Shown one piece after another: positions 13,475 to 28,000 of a stretch of DNA of 64,000 nucleotides; position 1 is the stretch's first letter, and every line of letters begins with the position of its first letter. This stretch comes from Octopus bimaculoides (lineage: Eukaryota). A program made the position numbers and the translations under genes. Location: assembly GCF_001194135.2 (NCBI RefSeq), contig NC_068987.1:12691900-12755899 (forward strand), read 5' to 3'. The notes beneath the pieces were generated by a model. That model searched no databases, was not told the origin of the DNA, and saw nothing but the letters and a program-made list of their open reading frames with translations.

Positions 13475-14293
13475 ATCGCATAGACAGCTGTTAAAATTCA
13501 TTACCAGCTCAACTGATTTGAATTTGCCATAGTTTCCTGTCAATGTCATTACCACAACACTTAATTATCAATACCGTGACTTGTGAAGACCATAGGGCGG
13601 GGTCTTTCAAAGTGGGTTCTGAAAAACCCCAGGGTCATATGAAAATATTTCTGGGATTCTGTGAAATATGACTTTTCTTAATAAAATTTAATAAAAGTTT
13701 ATAATATAAAACACATGGTATCCATTATATTAAAAAGAATCAGCCATTTGTACTGTTTTTGTTTCATTTAATATTTTTTTTGAAATGAGGGTAGTATAGG
13801 GGCATCCGTAAAATATGGGTGAGGGCTTCGCGATTTTTTGAAAATTGCTCAATGATTTCTGCACCAAAATGATTTTTGTGAATTTGGGAACGGCTGCTGA
13901 GATGATAGCAGATGAAATTTGTGAATTCCTAATCTTACTTTCTTTACTTATCTCGATCCTATGAACAGACGATCGCAGTATGATTATGGTATCTTAATAC
14001 CAGCAGTCCGACCACTTCTTGACTTGACACAGTAATTATTACGGAAGACAACGATAAGATGTGTCTATGGACGTAGTAACGTAGGAGTAGACAGGTATGC
14101 AAGCGATTTCTCGTTTATTGACTGTGGTGGATGATGATCAATGCTTTTGTGAAGAAATCGCATGGATCGTAGATTTAGTCCAACCTCACACACACATGCA
14201 AAACACATACATGCGCGCGCACATAGACACAAATACGTATGGCGTGGTGACTGTGTGTATGTGTGTGTATACGCGTATTTGCGTGCGTGTGTG

Positions 14294-14353
<60 letters not shown>

Positions 14354-17300
14354 ATGAGGAAGAGAGAGAGAAAACATGCGACAAAGAGGAAGAACTAGAC
14401 TCTCTCCCGGAAGCTGCATGACAAATTCATTGAGCCTAAGCAATATTTGTAATCGGTAATTTGTGGGTTCTTCATGACAAAATTACCGTACTATTTCCGA
14501 TTCAGTTAGCTACATTTCATGCAACATATGATCTTTTTATAACCTACATGATGCCAAAGTTGAACAGCTCGTCATTATATTGTGTTTAAAATCCTAATTA
14601 AAGTATTAGAATTTACTAATGGCGTCACCAAACCTAAAATAACTTTTATAACATCTAAATATTTCAAATCATATACAAGCAATTTACTGTACATGATTTC
14701 GTAAATCATAATGTCTAGGAAATATTACTTCGATTTTAAAAAATAGTTTAACCGTATAATCCATTTCAATTATTCTTTTCGTAACCTCCGGTACCACATT
14801 TTTTCTAATACACCCACTGCTTCTTTGCATTTGAAAATGGCCTAGTAGCATTCGTTTTGTCTTTACGTTCTGAGTTCAAATTCTGTCGAGGTCAACTTTG
14901 CCTTTCATCCTTTCGGGGTCTATAAAATAAGTACCAGCTGAGCACTGGGGTCAAAGTAATCGACTAGCTAGAAATTTCGGCCTTATACCTATAGTAGAAA
15001 GGATTGTTGTTGTTGTTTCAAGCCTTGTGCCTATATTAAAAAAGTTATTATTGTTAAAATTTTCAATCTCAGAATATATATATATTTTTTTTATTACTCT
15101 GTAACCTTATCATATGAATATCAAGTCCTGCTGTCTTTTAAGCGGTGGTGTAGGATACAAGAGAAATAATTAAGATAGATAATAGTCGACTTCAAGCACA
15201 CGAGTTGCGAAAAAATAATACATGAGAAGTTAAAAACTTTCTTCAACTTTGTAAGTTGTATTCGCTTGTGTATTACCTTCGCATACGTCGCAAAGTTTAA
15301 TTTAATTTCATAAGTTTAATTTGTTTTTTAATTCAACATTCTTAGCATTTTCTTTTAAATTAATATCGAGATGTGTTCTTGCCAGAGAGAAACGAATGAA
15401 TCATCTTGCCTGTGCTTATGCATCTTACCTTTGTACATAAACGGTATTGAAAGCGTTCTGATCACATTTCTTATAGTTCCTCCTGATTTAGAGATCTGCT
15501 TTGTCTGCTACTAAAAGCTAACGACACAGACAGCTGGGATATTAAATGTCAAAATTTCAAGAACCAGAAAGGCTGTTAAATCTCCCACCCGAATCAGATT
15601 CGCCGTGCTCATGTATACGTTTGCGTGTTCTTAAAATAACAATCAAGCAGAAGTAAGCGATTGTTTTAATTTACTGCTTATTTACGAGATGTTTTCATAG
15701 TTTGTTTGTTTTTTCTCTCTGAAATATGCGCTGTTTATTAATATAGGTATGTAATATATGCTTATTAATAAAGACGATCTTTCTTGTATTTATATAGAAG
15801 TGATAGATATTAATACACTGTCTTCCATCATTTCTTCCGTGACAGTGTTTCTAGTGTACTTTAGGTCATGATTACTCCAATTACACAAAGCTCAAGCTGG
15901 AGCTACTCGGAATTGTAATAATATTTTGTATGTTCCATAAGTCAGGAAACAATTTTGCTTATTTAAAATTGCGCTGGTACATAACCAAATGGATCACAAA
16001 CAATACTAAATAAAAAAAATGTTGCTCCATACATGTATAGAGAAAAGGGTCTTTTAGATTAGATTTGAACATTCTGCTAATGTGTAAAATACGATTTAGG
16101 CATATCATGAAATGTTACTAATACCTGTAATGTACAATGTCATACTAAACTTATTCAATTAGAGTTTGTTATATTTTAATATGTAAGATCAAAATAGATT
16201 GATAATTGCAATGGAATGTAACGGCAATTTTACCAACAATATTCATAAGTTACGTTATAAAGACACCATTTCTTCTGTAGTATCGAATTAACGCCTTTTC
16301 TGTCAATTGGAACGGTAACGTCTACCCGATTGCAATGCACCAAATACCTTTTCCTGAGGAATGCAAACAATTCAAGGCAAACCGAATCTAGCTCTCAATT
16401 TCGATTCCAAGTTGAAACTTGCTTTATTGATGCCCTAATGCCTCCAGGAAAGGAATAAATATGGGAAGTTAATAGTTTCTCATTAAGTATCATATTTATG
16501 TAGCATGGTTTCATTTCTTTATAAATTAAATCAACAATTGAAATAAATTAGATTTGAAAGTTAGATGATGTTAGTTGAGTTGATATTATATTTGTCTATC
16601 TACACATGCACACGCACACACATACGCACATATACACACACACGCACGCACGCACACAAGCAAGCACACCCACAGACTCATATACATGTACGCACGAACA
16701 CACGTAGATTAATGAGAGAAACCGTTTCCCTATTAATCATTCACATTTTAAAATGGTTGAATACTTTATTGGCAATCACTAAACTACTCTGGTTTACTCG
16801 TTTCAATATAATCGTACATTCAACTTCATAGTAACTCGAGGCTAATCCGATTTAACCTATTGTTTACTCATAAACTACATCTAATCATATTACCAGATCT
16901 CAGAAGATTTAGAACTTCATGTTTTAATGATTAATGTTGACTTAGTCAAAACGAATTTTATCAAGTAACATTATATTTCCAGATCGTAAATCAAGTTTAC
17001 TACCAAACTTCAAAATGGAATAAAGTTTGATAATATCCTAATAGTTTTAATCTTCTTGTTCATATAAAGTATCCTTACGAGACAAAAGGTGTCATTTCTG
17101 GCCAAGAATTACATTTTAGTACTAAAGGATGAGCTTCGTTGTATAAATGAAGACCGTATAAAATTCCAGAACCTGTTTTCGAATCTTGCTTACCATTTTA
17201 TTCCACTCACGTCATTAGTGTCCTTGAGAGAAGATTAAATAGTATAATCTCTTGTTTTTTTTTACTTGGTAAATGTGTTTTTTTATTCCTTTATTTTTTT

Positions 17301-17759
17301 TAGATAGGTTTCAAGAACCAAGATGTGACGAAATAGAATCCGAATAAGCGATAACATTTTATATATACCTATTTTTGACTGTTACACTTTTATAGAAAAT
17401 AATTCAAATAAACGTTTGATAACGTGAACATAGCATCCATACATAAATAGTCACACACACATTTGTATACACACAAATGCAATCAGACACGTTCATGCGT
17501 TTTGTAAAAGGCAATTAATACTTTCAAATAAATGAGAATACATCCAACGTTCTCATGAACAGGGATATCGACAGACTAACTAAAACTAAAGCAATAACTA
17601 AATAAATCCAGGCATCATGGTGTAACTTTGCTAATTTGATAGCAAAAAAAAGGGTCCAGAAATTAACTCATTAAACAGACATGTTTACATGAGGTTAGTA
17701 ACAGACTCATCCTAAAACTATTCACTGTATTATGACATTTTCTAACCATAAAACTGTTG

Positions 17760-19370
17760 GTCAATTACGTTTAAACAGAGTTCAACAAACGGAGCACACT
17801 GCTTATTAACAAAAGATTATGTATTTATATTTATACTATGAGATGGATAATGGCACCGACATAGATAAGGTAAGATGTTCATCTTGAAACAGCGAACAGC
17901 ATATCACCTCACACCTTGAAAGATATATATCCTTAACATACAAGAAAAAGAGATAGCTTCTAAGTATCTTATAAAACAGTGAAAATGATACATTGTGATA
18001 ATAGATATCGTTGTATCAAACCGGCATTGATGCAGACATTATCAGTAGTTTCCCCCTCAAATGTCACCACCTTCATGTTTAAGAGGCATGATGTAATAAA
18101 TATGCGTGAATCATCTTCAAATATCATTCGTATGACTCTTACTTCTCTGGAAGAATAGAAGAAATCAACAATTATGGAGGTAGCGAATCCTTTGGTAACA
18201 TATAGATGAAATATACCAAATATCTTATAAATAAAATAGAAAATAACGCTTCTAACTACCCCCATTGCAAAATGAGAGTCTAGTCTAGAATGCTTTCTTT
18301 TCTCCATCAAACGTCACTTGAAAAGGTCCGGAAAATGCATTGATATACTGAGAAGTCATTATTACATATAATATTACGTAGGAAGAATTGATGTATCACA
18401 AAGATTTTAGGCATCATAAAATTGGAATGCGCCTTTTCTTTCAAAAATACAAATAATAAAAGGAAAATTTCAATAAAACAGTGCTTGGAACACAACCGAC
18501 CAGACATTGTTTTCCGGGACATAAAGCAAACGTCAGTTTCTGTTTTAACAAACATGTTTCGTTCGATGTTACCGTCAATATTAGCAGTGAACTTGAACGG
18601 AACGTTAATTATATTTTGTCTATGTGGTTTCATTCGTAAAATATAGTAAAAGTTGTATTATTACTTTAGAAAACGTTTACAAAAGATCTAAAAAATATCG
18701 GTTTCTCCTAAAATAGCAAAGTTTTACTTGATTCATATTGATTTAAGAAATCAGTGGATTCGTTCACGAATGAGCAACAGTTAAGCAAAAACTATAAAAC
18801 ATCTAGCAACCTTTTCATTTGTAGGAACACAAAATGTGTATTTGGACACTTACGTATCCATATATAAATATATACACCTATAAACATAATCATAATCTAG
18901 TATCACTTTTCGGCATAAAAATCGTGTATTTTACTTGTCCTGATCAAAATATTTTAGAACAGTCATGTAACTTTCGTACAGTGTGAAGAACAACACAACT
19001 GTATGGAACGTTTGGCAGTTATATATGCGTTGTAGAATGTTAGCTTGGTTTCTATATAACATGTTTTCCCCACATACGTTCCTATTCCATTTGACAATGC
19101 TATTTTCTTGATAATATTATTTCTATGTTGTAATAGCCTGGTAACTTGCCAACAGAGGTCAAGTCTTGTACAATAAAATTTGCCAGATGCAGATTTAGAA
19201 AAGGCTTCAGTTATTTTAGACACATTCTGAATATCTAGCATCAAACAGGCGAAATCCAAAATTTGTACGTCACGTCTTTCTACGTGTAACAAGTTCTTAC
19301 AGCAAATTATTGATTGACTTGACACGATGACATTAAATTCTATTGAGAGTTTACAGACATAAAGGAACAT
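17760..19370 (-). pseudogene. Possible degraded protein-coding island of unknown identity
   Basis: Three consecutive non-repetitive minus-strand ORFs (135, 108 and 113 aa), Cys-containing, with a recurring VTF(D/E)GE motif and a downstream hydrophobic stretch. Stops and frameshifts lie between them. No family recognised. Confidence 0.3.
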
Positions 19371-19980
19371 ATGAGCTGAATGTAGAATATGGAAGCGTCA
19401 ATGTCCTTGGAACTGAATTGGATCTCAGATATAAAGTAGGTATCAAAATGCAATGAAGACAATTAAGGTAATTAAATGCATTTCTTTCTACGTTTGTTCC
19501 TTTATTTCTATCCTACTTGATCTTTTTGCATTATTTTCTTTTTATCTGATGCCGACATTTTGTATGAATGCTTTATAGTAATTCCAGCATTAGAACAATC
19601 CTGCCAATTATATTCTTTGTTTTGTTAACTTAGATTTTCTTTTGTTAATAAAACAATGAATTGGATATTACTAGATGCTAATTCTCTTAGAAACACAATA
19701 ATGAATAATTGGTCAATCCTGTTCCAACTTCTTGAGCCAACTTCATGTCTTTCTTTACATAAAGTGGGAATATTTACGAGCATTTTTCATAAGCGTTTTA
19801 GGATCCCTTTCTTAGACTCCCGAGTTATGCCTTGTATATTGTACGTATGTGTTAATCAACATTGCTTACAATCTCTGACTGAATGCCAAGTACAGCAGCC
19901 GCTTATACGCAATCTCTTTTCACGTGGAAGAATGCTTCGCAGACAAGAAGTACATTCTTGTAAAAGGAAGATTTAGATAT

Positions 19981-20180
19981 AACAGCATAGCTTCCCCAAT
20001 AACGGCATGGCTTCCAATATAACGGTATGACTTCCATAAAAACGGCATGATCTTCACAACAAAAGCATGGCTTCCACAAGAACGGCATGGCTTCCACAAT
20101 GACGGCATGACTTCCATAACAATGGTATGACTTGTGGAATAAAACCATGGTTTCCACATAAACGGTATAGATTCCACAAT
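19981..20180. repeat. Degenerate minisatellite, 10 x 20 bp
   Basis: Consensus aacggcatggcttccacaat; exact 20-nt period over ten units. Confidence 0.9.
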
Positions 20181-20874
20181 CTCTCATCAGATAGGATAAG
20201 ATCAGATTACCTTCAGCAAGATTTAAAATTGAGGCTCTTATTCAAATTAGGTCTATACGACTGAGCAGTTACTATTTTTGTAACTAACTTTCAGTAAGAA
20301 TGATTGTAATTGACAGGATATAAATTCTTATCCAAAATCGTATCTCAAAGCTCATTAAGTATCTTTGCCAAGTGAAAAATTGTTAGCCACCCTAAAAATT
20401 TCAAACAGCAATTTTTCGGGTACCTACATATTTGCCTTTCTAAATTGAATAACAGCATAGGTAATACTTTCTTCAGATTGTTCCAGTTGAGCTGGCTGTT
20501 GATTGTAAAGTTTCCGATTGCGTAGTCATATCCAGTATGCCACCTATTTTAATACAAGTCTACTGATTCTAGTTTGTATTCAATGTACGAGGTCTAAATT
20601 GCTATGCAACTACATATAAGACTACATATATAACATCAATGTATATATTTTACTTGAGCCCTTAGACTCATAAGGACGGTTACTCAGTTTACATGGCGTA
20701 TAAGTGACCAAGATCACAAGTTCCACTTGATCTGGACACCGGTTTATTGCAGAGTTCAAGACCATCAGTTTTGAAGGGAAGTGACTAGATGTCTACATCG
20801 ATCCTAGTGCTTGACTGGTATTTCATTTTATCGAAAGAACAGATGAAACGTAAATTTCAATTCGTCAATGTTAA

Positions 20875-21025
20875 ACGCGAGCAAAACATTTCATTCCACG
20901 TCGCTCCGGTCCACTCAGCTGTAAATTAGTGACCCTGTAATGGACTGGTGTCCCGGTTCCCGGTCAGGGAGAAATGTTGTAATCTCGATTACTTATTCGC
21001 CATGTAAACCGTGTACCCGGCCCTT
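20875..21025 (+). mobile_element. Family D SINE fragment (gagcaa..catttcattccacgtcgctcc.gtccactcagctg core)
   Basis: Core resembles V/Meta-type SINE central domains (from recall, unverified). Tail tggactggtgtcccg...aaaccg..ccggccc. Related reverse fragments at 8780-8850, 20690-20760, 38440-38545 and 40213-40296. Confidence 0.55.
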
Positions 21026-21477
21026 TAAATTCTATACATATATATATATGTATGTATGTATGTATTTAGATATAAATATATATATATAAATAAATATATA
21101 CATATATATATATATANNNNNNNNNNNNNNNNNNNNNNNNNNNNNNNNNNNNNNNNNNNNNNNNNNNNNNNNNNNNNNNNNNNNNNNNNNNNNNNNNNNN
21201 NNNNNNNNNNNNNNNNNNNNNNNNNNNNNNNNNNNNNNNNNNNNNNNNNNNNNNNNNNNNNNNNNNNNNNNNNNNNNNNNNNNNNNNNNNNNNNNNNNNN
21301 NNNNNNNNNNNNNNNNNNNNNNNNNNNNNNNNNNNNNNNNNNNNNNNNNNNNNNNNNNNNNNNNNNNNNNNNNNNNNNNNNNNNNNNNNNNNNNNNNNNN
21401 NNNNNNNNNNNNNNNNNNNNNNNNNNNNNNNNNNNNNNNNNNNNNNNNNNNNNNNNNNNNNNNNNNNNNNNNNNNNN

Positions 21478-21509
<32 letters not shown>

Positions 21510-22347
21510 TTATATATATATACGTATATATATATATATGTGTGTGTGTGTATGTGTGTGTGTGTGTGTATTAGTAGATGACTGATTTAGGTTGCTGAGA
21601 CACAGTATGTAGTTTAACAAAATAACCCGGTAGAAACACCTGTCTACAGTTGTCCTCTCATCTCTCAAGACAATAAGCATGTTCTTTTTTTTAATGGCAC
21701 ATTGACTTTGGAGAAATTCTTGACTCTTGGGATTATCTCCCCTTCTTATATAGAATTGGTCTAGATTACCATCCAACTAATTATAACACGCCCTTTATAG
21801 ATGGAAATAGTTGTAATAAACCAAGAACTTATGTTGTATGGTATTTCATACACTTATATTTGTCTAATATTGCATTTCATACTTTAGCAAGAGCAAATTA
21901 ATTTGAACATATTGAGTATATCTTATTTGTACTTTATTACATAATTGTAAAGTAGAGTTCCGTAACTAATTTTGAATGCTGAGGCACCGTATATAGTTTG
22001 ACGTGAGCATAAGAAGCTGGTAACGTTTGTCTCAATGCGCCACTGGCCACAGCTGAATTAACATCTTTAGAGAGAATAAATTGATACTAAAATATTTCGT
22101 AAATATATTAACATAAGCAAAACAGAAATTCGAAATAAATTACCACAAATTCAAAATAATCACAAAATTGGACCACTCACTCATACTCTACAACACTCGC
22201 CGCTTAAATATTAACTATTATGAAACTAAATTTTGGTATTAACTTTGCAGTATCATATTTAAGAATGGTATGATGGATTCATTAGGTTTCCAAGTGCTTA
22301 GCTTTCATCCACTACCTTCATCATATAGAACCTAACACACACATACA

Positions 22348-22394
<47 letters not shown>

Positions 22395-24922
22395 GAAATA
22401 GATTTCATGGTCCTAATACGATAGATAATTTATAAAGTCGTTAGTATTTTGAGTGAGTGTACGGTTATTGGTCTAATATTCTATCTTGTGTCATTTCACT
22501 GTGGTTGCTCACATAAACGTAAGACCATATATAAAGACTTCTTTTTTTAAAAAAGATCTAGTAGAATCTTTAACATGTTAATTAAATGCTGGAATTCGGG
22601 TCATTTGATTATTTCAAAGAGATTATTTCGAGCATATGCGATTAGACAAATGAGTGATGTTTTTATTTAGAAATGGAGATATAGATATAACAGATCTGTT
22701 CAAGTGAAGTGTGACAATGAATGTTCAAACAAACAGAGGACGCTGTAGTAATTCTAAAAGCTTAGAACTCCAAAATTAGATATTATTTGTAACGAATGGT
22801 CTACTATTCGAGCATAGGGTATTTCTTTCTTTTGATACGGTCTAATATTTGATTGAGTACAGCTGGCACATCGTATCATCTAGTAAGTTCTGGTACCGCA
22901 AAGAAGTAACCTTTATAAAAAGCAAGTAACTTTTAGATCACAAAAGGAATCCAGATTATCTCTCAGTATTTGTAACTTCAGATTCTGCCTTCGCATTTAA
23001 TGAACGGAACCTAATTTTGTAGATAACTACATGTATGAATTTGTGTACGAGATGGATTTCCAAACGTGACAGAGTAATCAAGACTGTATAGAGATTGTTA
23101 TGTGGTTTACGAACAGACGAATTAAAGTGTTTCTAAAAGGGAACTAATGTTTTTGATTTGTTCGTACATATTACTTGAGCTCCTTTTCAGAATATATTGG
23201 AGATCTTAGTTAATGAAAGATATGTTTGTGAGAGATTTAATGTTTACGACCGGGTGTTGCTTTTGATTGGATGAGAAGGAAGATAATAAGAGAGAAAGGG
23301 AAATAGAGAGAGGATATACGTGATGCCTTTACCAACGTATAAATGTGAACGTTTTCTTTTAATGTAGCAACAAATACCAATGGGTACTGACTATTTTTGC
23401 CTCAGGAAAGAAATTAACATGGTATTTTTCTTCTTATTCTAAAAGCAAAGAGAAACTAAGCGGGCAGTTAACAGTTTCTAAATGAGAACATTAGCATCAA
23501 TACACGAAATAAGTTTTTTCCGACCAACTGGAAAGTTTTGAGAATGTAGTAAGATATTGTGTTTTATACAGGATATAAGCTAGAGCTCACACCGCACTTT
23601 AATGAATGTAGATCAGGAATGCTTCTAAATAGCACTTCATCTAAGCTTTTCCCCATCTGTAAAAAATTAGGAAAACTGTGCTGGCGATTCTCAAAGAAAA
23701 ACCAAGATTGAGTGGATAAAATGTTAATTTCTCAGTGGAAAGATCATGTGTTTATACCTTGCCTTCAGTGCTATTGTACGGGAGAACAAGCACAAGCATA
23801 TGATATATATATATATATAATGGGATTCCATACAGTTTCCCCTCCCCAAATTCACTCAGAAGTTATTAGTCGGTCCTGCGAGCTATAGTAGGAGACACTT
23901 GCCGAAGGTATCACACAGTGGGACTGAAACCGAAACCTCATGGTGGCAAAACGAGCTTCTTAACCATACGGCCACGTTTTCCGGTCTTAATCTACTAAGT
24001 TGAAAGTGGTTATCTGTGGAGGAACGATAATCTGGTAAATCACAAAGGATTGTTTGGATGATGATCTATCTAACTTTATCTAGTTCAAATTTAGCATTAT
24101 CCACGTTTAACTATTTATTTATCAATAGGGAAGCTGCACCTAAGAGGAATTCCGAATTCTTTGAATGCTACTTAGATTTAGAACACTCCTCACACACACA
24201 CACACTTCGCCCCCCCCCTCTCTGTTACTCTTTCTCGCATAACATGACTATGCTCCGTCTTGCATTACTAACTTAAATTATATACAGGTGTCTGGTTAGA
24301 TGAGAAACGATAACATCTACATAAGAACAGTTTTTCTGTTTTTGTAAGCGATATGCATGTGACTATATATATCACAAGCTAGAATATTAAGGAAATATTG
24401 GAGTTTCATCTCTCATAGATATCATGTGGGTGAAATTACTACTTGTTCTTTTTACAGGGATGCAATAAGATATGTCATTCATGTATTTCAAACGATATTA
24501 GCAACACCTATTAAATCGATTTTTTTTTCTGGAATAAATAATGGCTTTCACATCCAGATATTCGGGAACTTATCTTTTTTTTTTTTTTTTTTAGTTTACC
24601 AAAAGTAAGAAATACTTATTGAGCTTAGTATTGGCATCGTCGACATATTTTACTAGATTAAATTGACCCATCTACTTAAGTAGTACTGAATTATAACGAC
24701 CCAGAAAGAGTGGAATGCAAAATTGATCTTGGTACTTTTTAATGGTCCCTAGCGTCTTGATTTGAACCCAGAACATCAGGGCCCAGAAATAAATATTTTA
24801 AGCCATCATGACATATGCTCTACAAATTATGCTAATCTGCCATCTTAAATTCAACCAGCTTTCTAGTAATTCATATTGCAGCGTTTTCCTATACTTGCTG
24901 TCTTCTCTCGCGCCTTGCGCGA

Positions 24923-25075
24923 CAATGGCGTAGCTAGTGTGTATACTGCCCGAGGCAGCCCTTGAATTTGCTACCCCACTGTGCCCTCAAGCTTATGCAG
25001 GCTTATGTACAGAACAAACAGCGCCACCTCCATAAAAGTATCCACCCCCTCGCCATTTCACCAACTATGCTACTG
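24923..25075. mobile_element. Short hAT-type MITE
   Basis: Degenerate TIRs caatggcgtagct / aactatgctactg (CAGTGGCGTAGC type). 8-bp flanks ttgcgcga / ctgtgtga differ only by C/T transitions. Confidence 0.55.
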
Positions 25076-28000
25076 CTGTGTGAGGTCATTCACCCCCTCG
25101 TACTTTTTTTTAAAGTATCGTTTTATAAAATGTTCTTTCTTCGATGAATTCTAATTTTCGCTAAAGAAAGAGTTGGGGGGAACTAACTGAATATATTGCC
25201 AGACATATAAGGCAATCAAATCAAAAGACCCAGTCTTCGGTGAGGTAGCATTCTTATAGCTGAGAATAAAATATCTTACATTGATTTAAGTGCAAATACT
25301 TATACTGATTTGATAAAGTTGATTGAATGTAGCTCAGTATTTCATTAAGATATCGACCCCGGTGGAAAAAAATATAAGATTTATATTCAGAATACAAAAG
25401 GGGCGCTACTGGTTAGAGCAACGATGCTCCGTCTGGCAGGTCAACTTTGCCTTTCATCCTTTCAAGGTCGATAAAACAAATGCCAATTGAGCCCTGGGCC
25501 TCGATGTAATTGACTTACCCCCTCCCGAAATTGCTGGCCTTGTGCCAAAATTTGAATCCAATAGTTGGAACTAGTTATCTTTATACGGATTTCTTTGGGG
25601 TTCGTTATTGGTATCAGCTTCCTTATTTTATTAGAAAGTCTCTTCAATTTATGATTTGTTTAACATTTTTTATCTGCTTTCCAAATATTCTGAAAGTGAA
25701 TTATTTGGCCAGCGGTGCACACATTTTTCTCATTTATTTGTTAATTTTTCTTTTCCTTGAGATAAGACCAGATTCATGGACTGAATTGAATTTAGTATTT
25801 TAGTCATACGTATGTTATCGACGAAAAAGAGATAACAGTTGAAGTTAGCGAGATTTTAAAAACAAAATTTAGCAGGATAAAACTTAGTACGTCACTTTGA
25901 TTTACGCCAACCAGATACCTTTATTTTTACCTTTACAATACCATTAGCATTAAAGTCTATTGTGTTGATAGATTTGAAGAGTGCCACGTTTACTGCTTAG
26001 AATATTTAGTTCTGTTCCTCGAAATTGAATTTACATCTCACAGGGTAGATGTTATCTTTCATTTCTCAGAGGTTGATAAAATAATTAAAGGTAATATAAT
26101 GAATTCAAATTAATGGACTTAATTACTTTCATGCACAAATTGGCCTTGTGCCAGAGTAAAATATCTTTAATGATGTTAATTGTCCTATCATATTATACAT
26201 TTTACAGAGATGACAGGATGAACTCATAGCATCTGAAAATGATTTACGACAGAAGGCGACAAAAATGGATGATAAATTGTTGATTAGCCCCAGGTCATCT
26301 CTGATTAAAAAAAAGCATATGATCAAAGAGGAACCATCATTGACCAATCTGACTTTTGTGTATAACTAAGATTACATGACTGTAACACGTCCATCCATTT
26401 TAAGACGTTAGAATTGAAAAAAATTGGTTGCTATTTCTAATCGGTTGAGCGACCAGTTAACAATATTCTTATTGGTGTTAAGGATGGTTTAATGTATGGA
26501 TTTTTCATAAGCTTGAAATAATCAGTAAGTTTCCAGAATAAAATATTCCAGCCTATTTTGATATCAGATCCATACTGCATGCTGTGAGAATGCTGACAGG
26601 TGGGAAGGGGAATTCAGGAAGTGGTGGCGGGTAGATAAAATCTAAAGGTTTGAAATTGGGAAGGCGATCTCGGCAATACAATCTTAAAACGGTGCAATTA
26701 CAGCTAGATTGTTTTTAAATACATTCGAATATTGTGTGTATGAACGAATTTTGTTGTAACTTCTTCCTGGACCCGTATAAAATCTGTACGTTTTGTAATG
26801 TTATGGGAGAAAATATTGAAGAAAAAAGTGGAAGAAAATAGATTATGTGAAAATGATATTCAATTCGCTCTCTTCTAAATATTATATCTTTAAGCAAGGT
26901 TTACAAATATTTCATAGATAAACTAACCGTAGTTTAAGTGATATGAAAGTGTTTAATGGCATATATATATCATTTGATATAACCACTCACATATTTATGT
27001 TTGTATACAGGTGTATATAAATACATTTAGATACAGGGATACATCCATCCATTTGCCTAATTTCTATCTTTTCTTTTTTTTTTACAGCTGGAGGATTAAA
27101 ATTTTGCAATAAAATCATTTGGAATGAGAATGAAGGAATTGAAACGATAACGCCATTCACTTGTTGCAAATTTATTTACTTTTATGCCCATTTCTTTGCT
27201 CTAGCAATATTTCTAGCTAATTTTTCGTCTGTGGCAAATTTCCAGACTATCTAGTTTCGTATTTGCTTCATTCCATTTTGTAAATGCTTTTCCCTTTTTT
27301 TTTTTTTTTCTAACTGAGCGGGTACATAAGATTATTGTAACTTTTTAAAACATGATAGCCGATAAATAGTTTCTTCATCTGGTATCATGTCACGGTGGAA
27401 CTTGAAAGGATAAGCAATGTGCTTAATCTTAGCATCCTATCCATTTTTTGATGGGGGATGGGCGTCTTCTAGCAGAGGTAAACATTTATCAATTTTTAAA
27501 ACATCTCTGTTTTTGAGGAAAAGACATACACAGATATTTATATTAATTTCATTTGATTATAATATTATATTTATTTAGCGTTTAGTATTATAAGAAATAT
27601 TACACAGGAATGGGAGTAAACAAATCCGTCATAATAATTTATCGAGCGAAAACGTCTATTTTCATTTGCTATTATAAAAATTATAAAGGTAAATAAGAAA
27701 ATTCTATCTAGTGTTTCAAAATAAGCAACCCAGCTGCACACTGTACCTATCAGATTTCCCTTATAAAGGTAGCGAATCTACATGCGCGGAGTACTAATCA
27801 GACATCATAGTTACAAGCAGACTGAAAGTGGCTGTGTGTGTGAGTGGGTGGGGTATGTATATGCGTGTATGTGTATGTATATTTGTGTATGTGTGTATGC
27901 CTGTGTGGGTGAAATACCGATTACATCATTACCACAAACTTTTTTTTTCATTGTTTAGGTAAATCTATAATTTTATTTAATACTTTACTTTTAGTCTGTC

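Noticed and set aside
13590-13880. Additional hAT-like MITE (and a similar start at ~4175)
   Set aside because: TIR-like ends are too degenerate and no TSD is identifiable, so it is not listed as a feature.
18422-18646. Plus-strand RLE-LINE fragment (HNRPDIVF)
   Set aside because: Only one motif matches, with no RHD upstream and no D/E-V-x-x-P downstream. Noted as an alternative explanation for the 17.8-19.4 kb island.
19981-20180. CRISPR-like regular array
   Set aside because: Contiguous tandem units with no unique spacers, no cas genes, eukaryotic context.
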